Assembly (NCBI GenBank): GCA_038884755.1
Contig: JAWABJ010000001.1
Span: forward strand, 352,001-416,000
Direction: 5' to 3'
Length of the DNA: 64,000 nucleotides
Source of the DNA: Candidatus Norongarragalinales archaeon
GTDB taxonomy: Archaea > Micrarchaeota > Micrarchaeia > Norongarragalinales > Norongarragalinaceae
The position numbers were made by a program, and so were the translations under genes. How positions within the stretch are numbered: position 1 is the stretch's first letter; each line of letters opens with the position of its first letter. Positions 37,269 to 46,861 of the stretch are shown here, one piece after another. Below the pieces are notes generated by a model that was not told the origin of the DNA, did no database searches, and was given only the letters and a program-made list of their open reading frames with translations.

Positions 37269-37604
37269 GTGAAAAAAGGACAGGGAATGTTTGAGTATAT
37301 TCTTCTTTTAGCGGGAGTTTTGCTCGTCGTAGTTCTGGCCATCGCTTTGCTGCGAGGGGGATTGTTTCAAAGCACTTCCTCGAATGTTGAAAGGTCGACT
37401 TGCACCAACGAATTGGTCACGGCGCCAAAGTGCTTTACTGGGGATGGCGCTTGGAATGCGACTGGCTACCACCAATTTTCTGCTAACAGCAACTGCCCTG
37501 TCGTCTTGGGTGCAGCTTCGCCTTACAATTGCGGCGCCGCGATAAACGACCCCGCACCTGACTCGCAAACTTGCAATTGCGGTAATGACCCGAGAACAGG
37601 TTGA
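37269..37604 (+). CDS. Archaeal type IV pilin-like protein with class III signal peptide
   Basis: KKGQ/GMFEYILLLAGVLLVVV; Cys-rich globular part; GGAGGGGG SD. Confidence 0.85.
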   Translation: MKKGQGMFEYILLLAGVLLVVVLAIALLRGGLFQSTSSNVERSTCTNELVTAPKCFTGDGAWNATGYHQFSANSNCPVVLGAASPYNCGAAINDPAPDSQTCNCGNDPRTG

Positions 37605-37611
37605 GCTTTTC

Positions 37612-37652
37612 AGAACGCCCTGCAAGGGCGTTCTCTTTTAGTTTTTCTTTTT
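37612..37652 (+). terminator. Hairpin AGAACGCCCT-GCA-AGGGCGTTCT followed by T-rich tract
   Basis: 10-bp perfect stem 7 nt after pilin stop. Confidence 0.7.
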
Positions 37653-37764
37653 CTACAAGTTCCAGCGCTAGCTCTCGCGGCAAAAGCAATTAAAGCTTTT
37701 GCAGGCTAATGCTTTCACAAGCGCGTTTACTTTTTTCAAAAAAAAAACCGGTTGGGGCTTTTGC

Positions 37765-38619
37765 GTGGAGAAAATCACCGACATCAAGCGACTCAAGCTC
37801 AAGGCTAATGACATCCGACAGGACATCATCCACATGGTCACGCAAGCCCAAAGCGGGCACCCGGGCGGGCCGCTGGGACTTGCCGACGTTTTCGCGTGCC
37901 TCTACTTCAACGTGCTCAATCACGACCCTCAAAAACCGTTGTGGAAAGACCGCGACAGGCTAATCTTGAGCAACGGCCACGTTTGTCCCGTGCGTTATTC
38001 AACAATGGCCGAAGCGGGTTATTTTCCGAAAGAAGAACTTTTGACTTTCCGCAAGATAAACTCTCGTTTGCAAGGGCATCCTTCGCGAGTGGACATGCCT
38101 TCGCTCGAAAGCTCCAACGCCTCGCTGGGACAAGGGTTGGGCATAGCAATCGGCATGGCGCTTGCCGCGCGCTTGGACGGGCGCAAAAACTTTGTTTTTT
38201 GCAGCTTGAGCGACGGCGAGTGCGAAGAAGGCAGCACGTGGGAAGCAGCAATGTTCGCGGCGAAATACAAGCTTGACAACCTCATCGCTTTCGTGGACAG
38301 AAACAAAAAGCAAATCGACGGGGACACTGAAAAAATCATGCCCCTCGAGCCTTTCGCGGGCAAATGGAAGGCGCAAAATTGGAACGTAATCGAAGCGGAT
38401 GGGCACGATTTCAGCCAAATCCTTTCGGCTTTCGCGAGCGCGAAGAAAAATTTCGGGAAAAGAAAGCCTACGGTAATAATCTTCAAAACGACCATGGGAA
38501 AGGGCGTGAGCTTCATGGAGGGAAATTTCGAGTGGCACGGCAAGCCGCCTTCCCCCGAGCAAGGGCAGCAAGCGCTCGCGGAGCTTTCCGAATGGCGGAA
38601 GAGAATAGAGGCCGAGTGA
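37765..38619 (+). CDS. Transketolase, N-terminal (TPP-binding) subunit
   Basis: SGHPGG, RDRLILSNGH, LQGHP, SLGQG, DGECEEG..WEA, WHGK; GTG start inferred. Confidence 0.95.
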   Translation: MEKITDIKRLKLKANDIRQDIIHMVTQAQSGHPGGPLGLADVFACLYFNVLNHDPQKPLWKDRDRLILSNGHVCPVRYSTMAEAGYFPKEELLTFRKINSRLQGHPSRVDMPSLESSNASLGQGLGIAIGMALAARLDGRKNFVFCSLSDGECEEGSTWEAAMFAAKYKLDNLIAFVDRNKKQIDGDTEKIMPLEPFAGKWKAQNWNVIEADGHDFSQILSAFASAKKNFGKRKPTVIIFKTTMGKGVSFMEGNFEWHGKPPSPEQGQQALAELSEWRKRIEAE

Positions 38620-38621
38620 AA

Positions 38622-39602
38622 ATGCAATTGAACGAAAAGCTTTTTCTTGCGGGAAATCTCGACAAACCAGAGAAAATTGCGACGCGCGACGGGCTTGGAA
38701 AAGCTTTGGTGGAAGCGGGGGAGAAAAACGAAAGTCTGGTGGTGTTGAGCGCAGATTTGGCCGAAAGCACGCGCGCCCAGTGGTTCGGCGACAAATTTCC
38801 CGAGCGGTTTTTCCAGTGCGGAGTTGCCGAACAAAACATGATGGCTGTCGCCGCGGGGCTGGGTTTGGACGGAAAGACTGCAGTTGCAACTTCTTTTTCC
38901 GTGTTTTCGCCGGGCCGAAATTGGGACCAAGTCAGGATAAGCGTTTGCTACAACGAGTCTAACGTAAAAATCTGCAGTACTCACTCGGGAATAACTGTGG
39001 GCGGGGACGGGGCTACGCACGAGGCGCTTGAAGACATCGCGTCCACGCGCGTACTGCCGAAAATGCGCGTACTCGTGCCTTGCGACTTTTGGGAAGCCAA
39101 GAAAGCGACGCTCGCGGCAATCGCGGCGCCCGGACCGTTTTACGTTCGTTACGGAAGGGAGAAAATGCCAGTAATCACAACGGAACAAACGCCTTTCGAA
39201 ATCGGCAAAGCGTACGTTTTCAAGGAAGGCAGTGACGTTGCTATTATTGCGAACGGCTTCATGGTTTTCGAAGCGCTCGTGGCCGCGAAAGAATTGGAAG
39301 AAACGGGAGTGAGCGCCGCGGTGGTAAACCTTCCGACAGTAAAGCCCATAGACTCCAAAATGCTCGAGCAAATTGCTAGAAAGTGCGGTGCCGTGGTAAG
39401 TGCGGAAGACCACCAGATTCACGGGGGGGTTGGCTCTGCAATCGCGGAATCCTTAGCCAAAACCTATCCCGTTCCCCAAGAGTTCGTTGGAATGCAGGAC
39501 TGTTTCGGCGAAAGCGGGACTGCGCAGGAATTAATGAAAAAGTACGGCATGACTCGCGTCGAAATCAAAGCAGCCGCGAAAAAAGTACTGAAGAGAAAAT
39601 AA
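38622..39602 (+). CDS. Transketolase, C-terminal subunit
   Basis: ATRD, ADLAEST, GVAEQNM, DGATHEALED, EDHQIHGG, DCFGESG. Confidence 0.95.
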   Translation: MQLNEKLFLAGNLDKPEKIATRDGLGKALVEAGEKNESLVVLSADLAESTRAQWFGDKFPERFFQCGVAEQNMMAVAAGLGLDGKTAVATSFSVFSPGRNWDQVRISVCYNESNVKICSTHSGITVGGDGATHEALEDIASTRVLPKMRVLVPCDFWEAKKATLAAIAAPGPFYVRYGREKMPVITTEQTPFEIGKAYVFKEGSDVAIIANGFMVFEALVAAKELEETGVSAAVVNLPTVKPIDSKMLEQIARKCGAVVSAEDHQIHGGVGSAIAESLAKTYPVPQEFVGMQDCFGESGTAQELMKKYGMTRVEIKAAAKKVLKRK

Positions 39603-39609
39603 AGTTGCC

Positions 39610-40338
39610 TCAAACGCGCGCGCTCAGCATTTGCGCTTCTGCCCTTTTGCCTTTGGCTTTGCTTTTCTTTGCGCACTGTGGTTCGTTGCACTCCACTTCT
39701 ACATACCCGTCCAGCACCAGCCGCCCCAAGCTCGTAAGCATCACGCCCACGCGCCCGTTCCTGCGCTTTACTTCCACCAAACCCAATTCTTCCAGCCCCG
39801 GCGCGCTTTTCGTGCCGCGTACGTGGTATGTTACCAGAGGCAGGCTCATTTTCACCAGCCCGCCCAACTCTTCCAGCGATTCAACACCGTCGTTCTCGCG
39901 GATTTTCCTCATGATTCCGAGCTTTTTCTCGGACAATGCCGAATAGTACGAGAATTTCATTATCGGATACGCCACCACGCGCCCTTTGTCGTTCACCCCG
40001 ATTGCCTGGATGCCGTTGACGAAAGCGGCGGAAAGCGCGATGCAAGACGTCTTGTGGTCAGTATCGATGTTCAAAACCAGTTTTTTGCCCCGTTCGTTGC
40101 TGCGGATTTTGTAAATCGTCTGGAACACTGTTTCAAGCGAAGAATTGCGCATTTCCTCCATTTTAACGGGAATTTTTATTTTTGACAAGTCGTTTTTCAG
40201 CGCCAAGGCCCTTTTCCCGCTTTCTGGTGTGTGGATGAGTATCACTTCCCCTGCAGGAAACTCTCTCAAGCCGGTATACAAAATTTCTCCGGCGTCGTCA
40301 TCCAACCCTATTACGCCCACCACTGTATTTCCCATCAT
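39610..40338 (-). CDS. Rossmann-like (CARF/DUF6293-like) sensor plus winged-HTH regulator
   Basis: N-terminal beta-alpha fold (EVILIH, LVLNI..., ALSAAFVNG); C-terminal SLEELG...SLPLVTYHV...LEELGLV...LTSLG. Confidence 0.7.
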   Translation of the reverse strand: MMGNTVVGVIGLDDDAGEILYTGLREFPAGEVILIHTPESGKRALALKNDLSKIKIPVKMEEMRNSSLETVFQTIYKIRSNERGKKLVLNIDTDHKTSCIALSAAFVNGIQAIGVNDKGRVVAYPIMKFSYYSALSEKKLGIMRKIRENDGVESLEELGGLVKMSLPLVTYHVRGTKSAPGLEELGLVEVKRRNGRVGVMLTSLGRLVLDGYVEVECNEPQCAKKSKAKGKRAEAQMLSARV

Positions 40339-40484
40339 TCGCTCACCCTTTCCACCCTCGCGGTTACAAAATAAAAGTTTAGTGGTTAAACTTATTTTTT
40401 AATCTTTTCTTTAACTTGGGAATAGAAAAAGGTAGAAAAAGGGTTTTTTTCTAATGTGAGGGACACAAAAAACGGGGTGAATTT

Positions 40485-40700
40485 TTGATGGCTTTGTTTG
40501 ATGCGAAAGCTGCTGGAGTAATTGCAATAGTCCTTTTGGGAATGTTGCTGGTGGGCTGCGTTTCAGGCGGGCAGGGCGCCGCGCCGACGGCTTCGCCTTC
40601 CGGAAACGCGGAGGCCACTTCGCTGCCGACCATTTCGGACGATGAATTGAATTTGCCCGATTTGGGGGAAGACAGCGGGCTTGACGGCTCGCTGGGCTGA
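40485..40700 (+). CDS. Small acidic lipoprotein
   Basis: LLVGC lipobox; GGGGTGA SD. Confidence 0.65.
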   Translation: MMALFDAKAAGVIAIVLLGMLLVGCVSGGQGAAPTASPSGNAEATSLPTISDDELNLPDLGEDSGLDGSLG

Positions 40701-40724
40701 AAAATAGCTTTTCTCGCTTTTTTT

Positions 40725-41768
40725 TCACTTTTTCTTTATTTCAACCGTAGTCGCGGCCGGCGCGCTGATAGAGATTTTGGAAGCGTTTTGCTTTGGTGCG
40801 CTTTTCTTCGCGCTTGCCTTTCTCGCGCGTGGTTTCGCCTTCTTTTTCGGAGCACCAACGACTTTAACCGATTTCGACTGGATGACCAGTTGCTTGGGCG
40901 TGACGGTCGCTGTGGGCTTGCGCGCGCGTTTCTCCTTGCGTTTGGAAGGCTTCAATTTCGAGGCCTTCACGCGCTTCAGCGCGGTCTTGAAGGAAGTTTT
41001 CTCAACCACCCCTTCCGAAAGTGTGGTGATGCGCTTTCCTTGCTTCCTGATTTGCCTGCGCACTTTCTTGAAATCGTCGAGCCGCTTTTCCAGAGACTTG
41101 AACTTTCGTTCCAAGCGCCTTACGGAAGCACGCCGGTTGCTTTCAATCCGGTTGATCTTGCTTCCTTCGTCAGAAATAATTCCTCCCAGCCCGTCGACTT
41201 GGGCTTTCAAGCCCTCGATTTTTTCCTGCAATTCGGAAGAAGGCGACTGGGATTGAGAAAGCTTTTCTTCAATCGAAGACTGGAGGACCGCAACTTCGGA
41301 AAGGCGGTTTTTCAGGGTTTCCACCAAATCCCTGTTTTCGCTTATCACTTGCTTCAGCTCCTCGTCGTTAGAGGAAGTCAAAGCCGTTTGTTCGAGCGCC
41401 GAAATCCTGTCGGAAAATTCGGAGAGCTTCTGGTCAATGGACGAAAGTTTTGACTCGAAAAGGGAAAAATCTGGTAAAGCGTGTTGCGGCGCGGGCTGCT
41501 GTTGAACCACGAGTGCACTGGGAAGAGAAGTTTGCGTTTCGTGGCCCTGTACGCGCACTTGCTTAAGCGCTTCCTTAAAGCCTTCCTCGTAGTAGTGCTT
41601 TTTCAAATGGCCGATTTCGTGCAAAATTTCGTTTGACAGTTCGTCAATTTCCTTTTCAAACTGGGCGTCAGGCATCGAACTCAACCTCCCGGGATCAACG
41701 TCCCTGTTAACAGCTCTCCCAACCACGTACATAGAATTAGCAATCGCTTTCTTTTCGTCGTCTTCCAA
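40725..41768 (-). CDS. Coiled-coil protein with Lys/Ala/Pro-rich basic C-terminal tail
   Basis: Heptad-rich centre; KKKAKPRARKASAKKSAPK tail. Confidence 0.65.
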   Translation of the reverse strand: MEDDEKKAIANSMYVVGRAVNRDVDPGRLSSMPDAQFEKEIDELSNEILHEIGHLKKHYYEEGFKEALKQVRVQGHETQTSLPSALVVQQQPAPQHALPDFSLFESKLSSIDQKLSEFSDRISALEQTALTSSNDEELKQVISENRDLVETLKNRLSEVAVLQSSIEEKLSQSQSPSSELQEKIEGLKAQVDGLGGIISDEGSKINRIESNRRASVRRLERKFKSLEKRLDDFKKVRRQIRKQGKRITTLSEGVVEKTSFKTALKRVKASKLKPSKRKEKRARKPTATVTPKQLVIQSKSVKVVGAPKKKAKPRARKASAKKSAPKQNASKISISAPAATTVEIKKK

Positions 41769-41842
41769 ACAAACCCACCTGCATCTAGAATCCTGCGTAA
41801 AATGCTATTTAAACCTTCTCAAGTGGTAACAAAAAAGGAGGG

Positions 41843-42331
41843 TTAGGGGCGAAGGCGCAAGCCTGCCTTGCGGGCGAAGTCTTCCGGTTCGGAAACGGAA
41901 AAAACGACTTTCTTGAACACTCCGGTTTTCTTTTCAAAACACAGGGACGGCTTGTGCTGGGAAACGAACGCCAGGGTAAAGCCATTCCACCACCACACGC
42001 GTACCCCCCAACCTGCCCAGAAAGGAATTTTCTGCATCACGGAAACTTTTGCAAAGTCTTTTTTTTGCATCCTGTATGCGAAAGGCCCGATTTTGGCGAA
42101 GACGCTCTTGCCGTCCGCCCCGAACTTCATCGCGAAGAACAGCAGCAAGGAAGCCGCTGCAGCAAAAATGGCAAAAAGCGCGACGGCCTTTGCTAGTGGC
42201 GGGGTTTGGGGGACAAGCGCCTGAAACGCGAGTGCAAGAAACGCCAGCAAAACCAAGAAACAGACCAAAACCACCTTTATGAAAACGCCGTAAGGGGCTT
42301 TTTCCTGGAATGCGTTTTTTTCGTAATTCAT
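41843..42331 (-). CDS. Membrane protein (two TM + PH-like domain)
   Basis: Two hydrophobic helices, GWGVR, VVFSVSEPEDF. Confidence 0.6.
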   Translation of the reverse strand: MNYEKNAFQEKAPYGVFIKVVLVCFLVLLAFLALAFQALVPQTPPLAKAVALFAIFAAAASLLLFFAMKFGADGKSVFAKIGPFAYRMQKKDFAKVSVMQKIPFWAGWGVRVWWWNGFTLAFVSQHKPSLCFEKKTGVFKKVVFSVSEPEDFARKAGLRLRP

Positions 42332-42401
42332 TTAAACCACGATTGATTAATGCTGCTGCTTTATTTTAACTTTTTGAGAAAAACGGGAGGGGAAAAACGC
42401 A

Positions 42402-43886
42402 ATGGCTCTGGAATTCACGGTTGCAGCAGGAAAGCTCGAAGAACAAAGCACCGAGTGCATAGTGGCAAGCGCTTTCGAGGGAAAGCTTTCGCACGAAGCT
42501 GAAAAAATCGACAAGGCGCTGAACGGCGAGATTTCCAGCGCCTTGAAGCGAAAGGAATTCGAAGGCAAGAGCGGCTCGCTCATGGTTTTGCGAACGTTGG
42601 GAAAGCTCAAGGCCAGGAAAGTGGTGGTTATCGGGCTTGGGAAGGAAAAGGATTACTCAAAGCAAACCGCCCAAAGCGCGGCCGCGCTCGCTTTCCAAGC
42701 GGTAAAGAACGATTGCGAAAGCATCGCCTTCAAAGCCTCGCGTTCCGACGCCGTGGCGATAGTGGAGACGGCGATATTGTGCTCTTACGACTTTCAAGAA
42801 TGGAAAACGGTCGACAAGAAGGAAATCAAGGCGAGGAAAATACTTTTCGTTTTCGAAAGCAAGGACGAAGCCAGGAAGGCCGAGCCTGCAATAGAACAAG
42901 CGCGCGTCATAGCCAACGCCCAGAATTACTGCAGGGAATTGAACAACGCCAACCCCGCCACCGCAACGCCGGCCTTCATCGCAAGCGAAGCCTCCAAGCT
43001 TTCCGGAGGGAAAATAAGCGTTGAAGTCTTGGGAATGGAAGAACTGAAGAAAAAAGGCTACAATGCGATAGTAAGCGTGGGCAAAGGCAGCGTGAACGAA
43101 CCCAAGCTTATCGTAATTAAGTACAACGGCGGAAAGCAAGGAGACAAGCCTTACGCCATCGTAGGCAAGGGCGTCTGCTTCGACACAGGAGGGCTCGACT
43201 TGAAGCCCGGAAAATACATGAGCTTCATGCAGTACGATAAGAGCGGCGCTTGCGCCGCAATCGCGATAATCAAGGCAGTCAAAGAACTTTCTCTTCCCAT
43301 CAACCTCGTTGCAATAACGCCGATGGTCGAAAACATGCCTTCCGGCGCGGCTTACAAGCCCGGCGACTTGGTAAAAACGGCAAGCGGGAAAACCATCGAG
43401 ATTACGAATACCGACGCCGAGGGAAGGGTGATTTTGAGCGACGCGCTGCACCACGCTGCCTCGCTAAAGCCCAAAGCCATCATTGACTTGGCTACGCTTA
43501 CGGGCGCGTGCGTCATTGCCTTAGGCAAGCACGCCGCAGGGCTGATGACCAACAACGCGCAGCTCGCAGAAAAAATCAAGAAAGCCGCCGATGAAAGCGG
43601 AGAGCGCGTTTGGGAGCTCCCCATGTGGAAGGAATACGAGGAATTAGTTAAAAGCGAGATTGCCGACGTGCACAACGCTGACGCGTCGCCCGACGCTGGG
43701 ACTATCGAAGGAGGGTGGTTCTTGCGCAACTTCGTTCCCGACGAAATCCCGTGGGTGCACTTGGATATAGCTGGAACAGCGTGGGTTGAAAACCCCAACC
43801 CGATATTCCGAGCAGGCTCTACGGGCTGGGGCGTGAGGCTTCTCGTCGAATTTCTCAAGAAAGAGTGCGCGGGCGGTAACCGTTAG
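42402..43886 (+). CDS. pepA: Leucyl aminopeptidase (M17)
   Basis: VGKGVCFDTGG..LK, DKSGA, NTDAEGR, DLATLTGA, WVHLDIAG. Confidence 0.96.
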   Translation: MALEFTVAAGKLEEQSTECIVASAFEGKLSHEAEKIDKALNGEISSALKRKEFEGKSGSLMVLRTLGKLKARKVVVIGLGKEKDYSKQTAQSAAALAFQAVKNDCESIAFKASRSDAVAIVETAILCSYDFQEWKTVDKKEIKARKILFVFESKDEARKAEPAIEQARVIANAQNYCRELNNANPATATPAFIASEASKLSGGKISVEVLGMEELKKKGYNAIVSVGKGSVNEPKLIVIKYNGGKQGDKPYAIVGKGVCFDTGGLDLKPGKYMSFMQYDKSGACAAIAIIKAVKELSLPINLVAITPMVENMPSGAAYKPGDLVKTASGKTIEITNTDAEGRVILSDALHHAASLKPKAIIDLATLTGACVIALGKHAAGLMTNNAQLAEKIKKAADESGERVWELPMWKEYEELVKSEIADVHNADASPDAGTIEGGWFLRNFVPDEIPWVHLDIAGTAWVENPNPIFRAGSTGWGVRLLVEFLKKECAGGNR

Positions 43887-45073
43887 ATAGTTTCAAGTGC
43901 CTTGCGCGTTTTCTCCACGCCTTCGCGGATGGCATCTTGCGAAGCGGCGTAGCTGAAACGCAAATACCCTTCGCCCAAAGAGCCGAAAGCCGAACCCGCG
44001 AGAACTGCAAGCCCGTGCTCGTGCAAAAGCCAGTGCTGCAACTCGTGCGAGTTTTTGCCGGTGCGTTTGCTTATTTCCTTGACGTTTGGAAACGCATAGA
44101 AAGCGCCTTTCGGCATCAAGCACGAAACGCCGTCGATTTCGTTCAGCAATTGCACTATGAGCTTGCGCCGCGCGTCGAATTCCCTCACCATCGCTTCGAC
44201 TCGGTCTTGAGGCCCTTTGTACGCTTCAATGCAAGCGTACTGGTTGAAATTCACGACTCCAGAGTAAGTGTTTATTGCGATTGAAGCGACCTTCTTCGCC
44301 ACCTCGACGGGCATCGCGCCGAAGCCCATGCGCCAGCCGGTCATTGAATAAGCCTTGCCCCAGCCGTCCGCGTAAATCACGCGGTCGGCGATTTCCGGAA
44401 ACGAGTAGATGCTCTCGTGCTTGCCGTCGTAAACTATGCGTGCGTAAATCTCGTCGCTCAAAACCATCATTTGCTTATTCTCCAAAACCAAATCTCTAAC
44501 AACTTTCAAATCGTCGCGCGCGAGCACGCCGCCCGTAGGGTTGGCGGGAGTGTTGAGCATCAAAAGCTTGGTTTTTTTCGTAACGGCATTTTTCAGCGCT
44601 TCGTGGTCGAAACTGAAGTTTTTTTCCTCCACGATGGGAAGAGACACGGGTTTTGCCCCGGCCAAGTAAACCGAAGACTGGTACGCGCCGTAACCAGGAT
44701 TGGGAACGACCGCTTCGTCGCCTGGATTCAACAAAGCAAAAGCAGCCATGAACAGCATGGGCTTTGTTCCCGGCGTTATAACAACGCCTTCAGGGTCGAC
44801 GTCAACGCCGTAACGCTTTTTCAACTCTTCGGCAACAGTCTGCCTCAACTCGAAAATCCCGTTTGAAGTAGTGTATCCGGTCTTGTCCTCGCGAATCGCT
44901 TTTACCGCCGCTTCCTTGACGTTTTCGGGAGTCGGAAAGTCTGGCTGGCCGATGTGCATTTTCGTAATCTTTCGTCCAGCCCTTTCCAAAGCCGCGACTT
45001 CAATGCCCACTGCAAAAGGGCTGTCGGTGCCGGCGTTGGAAAGCCTTTCGGCAAAAGAATAGTTGAAAGCCAC
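43883..45073 (-). CDS. PLP-dependent aminotransferase class I/II
   Basis: IGQPDF, NTPANPTG, SDEIY, GKAYSMTGWRMG, PKGAFY; GTG start inferred. Confidence 0.93.
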   Translation of the reverse strand: MAFNYSFAERLSNAGTDSPFAVGIEVAALERAGRKITKMHIGQPDFPTPENVKEAAVKAIREDKTGYTTSNGIFELRQTVAEELKKRYGVDVDPEGVVITPGTKPMLFMAAFALLNPGDEAVVPNPGYGAYQSSVYLAGAKPVSLPIVEEKNFSFDHEALKNAVTKKTKLLMLNTPANPTGGVLARDDLKVVRDLVLENKQMMVLSDEIYARIVYDGKHESIYSFPEIADRVIYADGWGKAYSMTGWRMGFGAMPVEVAKKVASIAINTYSGVVNFNQYACIEAYKGPQDRVEAMVREFDARRKLIVQLLNEIDGVSCLMPKGAFYAFPNVKEISKRTGKNSHELQHWLLHEHGLAVLAGSAFGSLGEGYLRFSYAASQDAIREGVEKTRKALETI

Positions 45074-45169
45074 ACACACCCCCCCTCTTTTGGAAATGTT
45101 GAAGCGAGTATGCAGTAAAAGCATTAAAAGGCTTTCAAGAACGACAAAAAGCGAAAAACCAGCTGAAAG

Positions 45170-45781
45170 TCAACAGCCGAACTGTCCTTTTTCGCAAACT
45201 CCTCCAGGAATTTTTTGTTTTGGAACGCCCGGTTCGCTGCCGCTTGCAACGTAGTCTAAAACGTTAGTCGTATTCCACTCGTGCTCGTGATTCCACAAGT
45301 TCCAAAAATACCTCCACTCGTTCCACCCTATGCCCAAGTGTTTTACGAAAATACCCCGTTCGGCAAGTAACAACCCGATTTTTCGTCCAGTCATGCAGGG
45401 AGTGCTGTAGCAATACACTATTATGTCCTTGTCTTTAGGCAGTTTTTCGAAAGCGCCGACAATGCGATCTACCGCACCGTAGTCGGAAGTATCCTTGTCC
45501 TTATACGCGGGAATGCTTACAGCCCCTATAATGTGTTCTTTCTCGTATTCTTCTTGACTGCGCAAGTCCACTAGAACGAAACTTTCGTCTCTCTTGTCCA
45601 TCCTAGTCCTCAAAGAATGGGGACTGACGTGAACCGCGTTTTCAGTCACGTAAAAATCACGAATCAGCACGCTACTGCTCGGAGTGTAGTAATTGTAGAA
45701 CAAAAACGAGGCGAGACTGCCGAAAACCGCCGCCACGACGGCAACCAAAACCAAAACCCTAGCCGAAACCACAAAACTCAC
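45170..45781 (-). CDS. Membrane-anchored rhodanese-like protein
   Basis: N-terminal TM, LVDLRS.EEY..EHI.GA, VYCYSTPC, GWNEW. Confidence 0.85.
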   Translation of the reverse strand: MSFVVSARVLVLVAVVAAVFGSLASFLFYNYYTPSSSVLIRDFYVTENAVHVSPHSLRTRMDKRDESFVLVDLRSQEEYEKEHIIGAVSIPAYKDKDTSDYGAVDRIVGAFEKLPKDKDIIVYCYSTPCMTGRKIGLLLAERGIFVKHLGIGWNEWRYFWNLWNHEHEWNTTNVLDYVASGSEPGVPKQKIPGGVCEKGQFGC

Positions 45782-45785
45782 TTTT

Positions 45786-46022
45786 TCATTTTACGAACTT
45801 GTCGAGAAAAACGCCGAAAGCAAGCAGCACGAGAACGGCCAAGCCCAACGGCGCGGTTTCATGGTTTACTATTGCAAAGGCGGTCGTGCTCGTTACGTCG
45901 ACGGAAGGCGGGGCTTGGAGCGGAAGTTCGGCGGGAGACGGCGAAGGCACTTCCTCCGAAAAAACAGACGAAGCCGCAAAAAGCAACAAGAACAACACCG
46001 CGAGCGCATTCGTTTTAGTCAC
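45786..46022 (-). CDS. Small secreted/membrane-anchored protein
   Basis: Signal peptide, Pro/Ser linker, C-terminal TM. Confidence 0.55.
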   Translation of the reverse strand: MTKTNALAVLFLLLFAASSVFSEEVPSPSPAELPLQAPPSVDVTSTTAFAIVNHETAPLGLAVLVLLAFGVFLDKFVK

Positions 46023-46048
46023 AGACTGTTTTCAGCTCCCTTTGCGAT

Positions 46049-46762
46049 TCAATTTGTTTCAAGCCGCGTTTGCTTCGCTTTGACGACCAACGGCATGGTT
46101 TCGTCAACTCGCACGAAAGACGGCACGCGAACGCGCGAGAACAAGGCGTTCAGCGCCACGAACGACGCGGCAATGCCCACTGCGAACAACAGCCTTTCGT
46201 AAACCACTATTGGAATGAGTCCAGTCCAAAACGCGGGGGTGGTGGGCAGGGCATAGAGCCAAAGCACTCCGCCCACAGCGTGAGCCGTAAGCGTAGCGCC
46301 AAGGCTTTTGGCAAGCAAATTGTCAGCGTAAAAGAACTTTGCGAGAATTGGAACGCTCCAGAACATTACCGCGAAATACCACGCTTGCGCTCCAACGGGG
46401 TGCAAAACGAACAGCACTATGGCAATGGCGGGAATTGCCGCGGCCCACTTTTGCTTCGAGTTAGTCCCGAAATACCAGGCTGCGGCTGAGAGAGTGAAAA
46501 GCCTAGCCACATTCAAAAGCGTAGCTTCCTTGCCAACGAAAACGAAATCGGCGAATTGCGTAATCAAAACTACTGCCGCGCCGAGCGCAGTTCCCAAAAA
46601 ACCGCCCGCAATCGGGGCGAAAAACTGGAACAGCGTGAAGAATTGGTTGGGCGCGCCCAGCGCCTGCGAGAAGTTGATGCGCATTGCTATCAAGCCCGCA
46701 ACCGCAAACACGCCGAGAAACAAGAGTTTGGAAGCGTTTTCCTTCAACTTAAGCACAACCAC
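46049..46762 (-). CDS. Multi-pass membrane protein, possibly ECF S-component-like
   Basis: About 7 hydrophobic segments; AxxxG-rich early helices. Confidence 0.5.
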   Translation of the reverse strand: MVVLKLKENASKLLFLGVFAVAGLIAMRINFSQALGAPNQFFTLFQFFAPIAGGFLGTALGAAVVLITQFADFVFVGKEATLLNVARLFTLSAAAWYFGTNSKQKWAAAIPAIAIVLFVLHPVGAQAWYFAVMFWSVPILAKFFYADNLLAKSLGATLTAHAVGGVLWLYALPTTPAFWTGLIPIVVYERLLFAVGIAASFVALNALFSRVRVPSFVRVDETMPLVVKAKQTRLETN

Positions 46763-46861
46763 ACTAACCAGCCCTCCGTGAAAAGAGAATAGTGAAAAGA
46801 TAATCTCCGGTTCGCTTATTTAAAGTTTGTTTGAGTAAGGTTTTCAGGTGGGTTTTCATAT

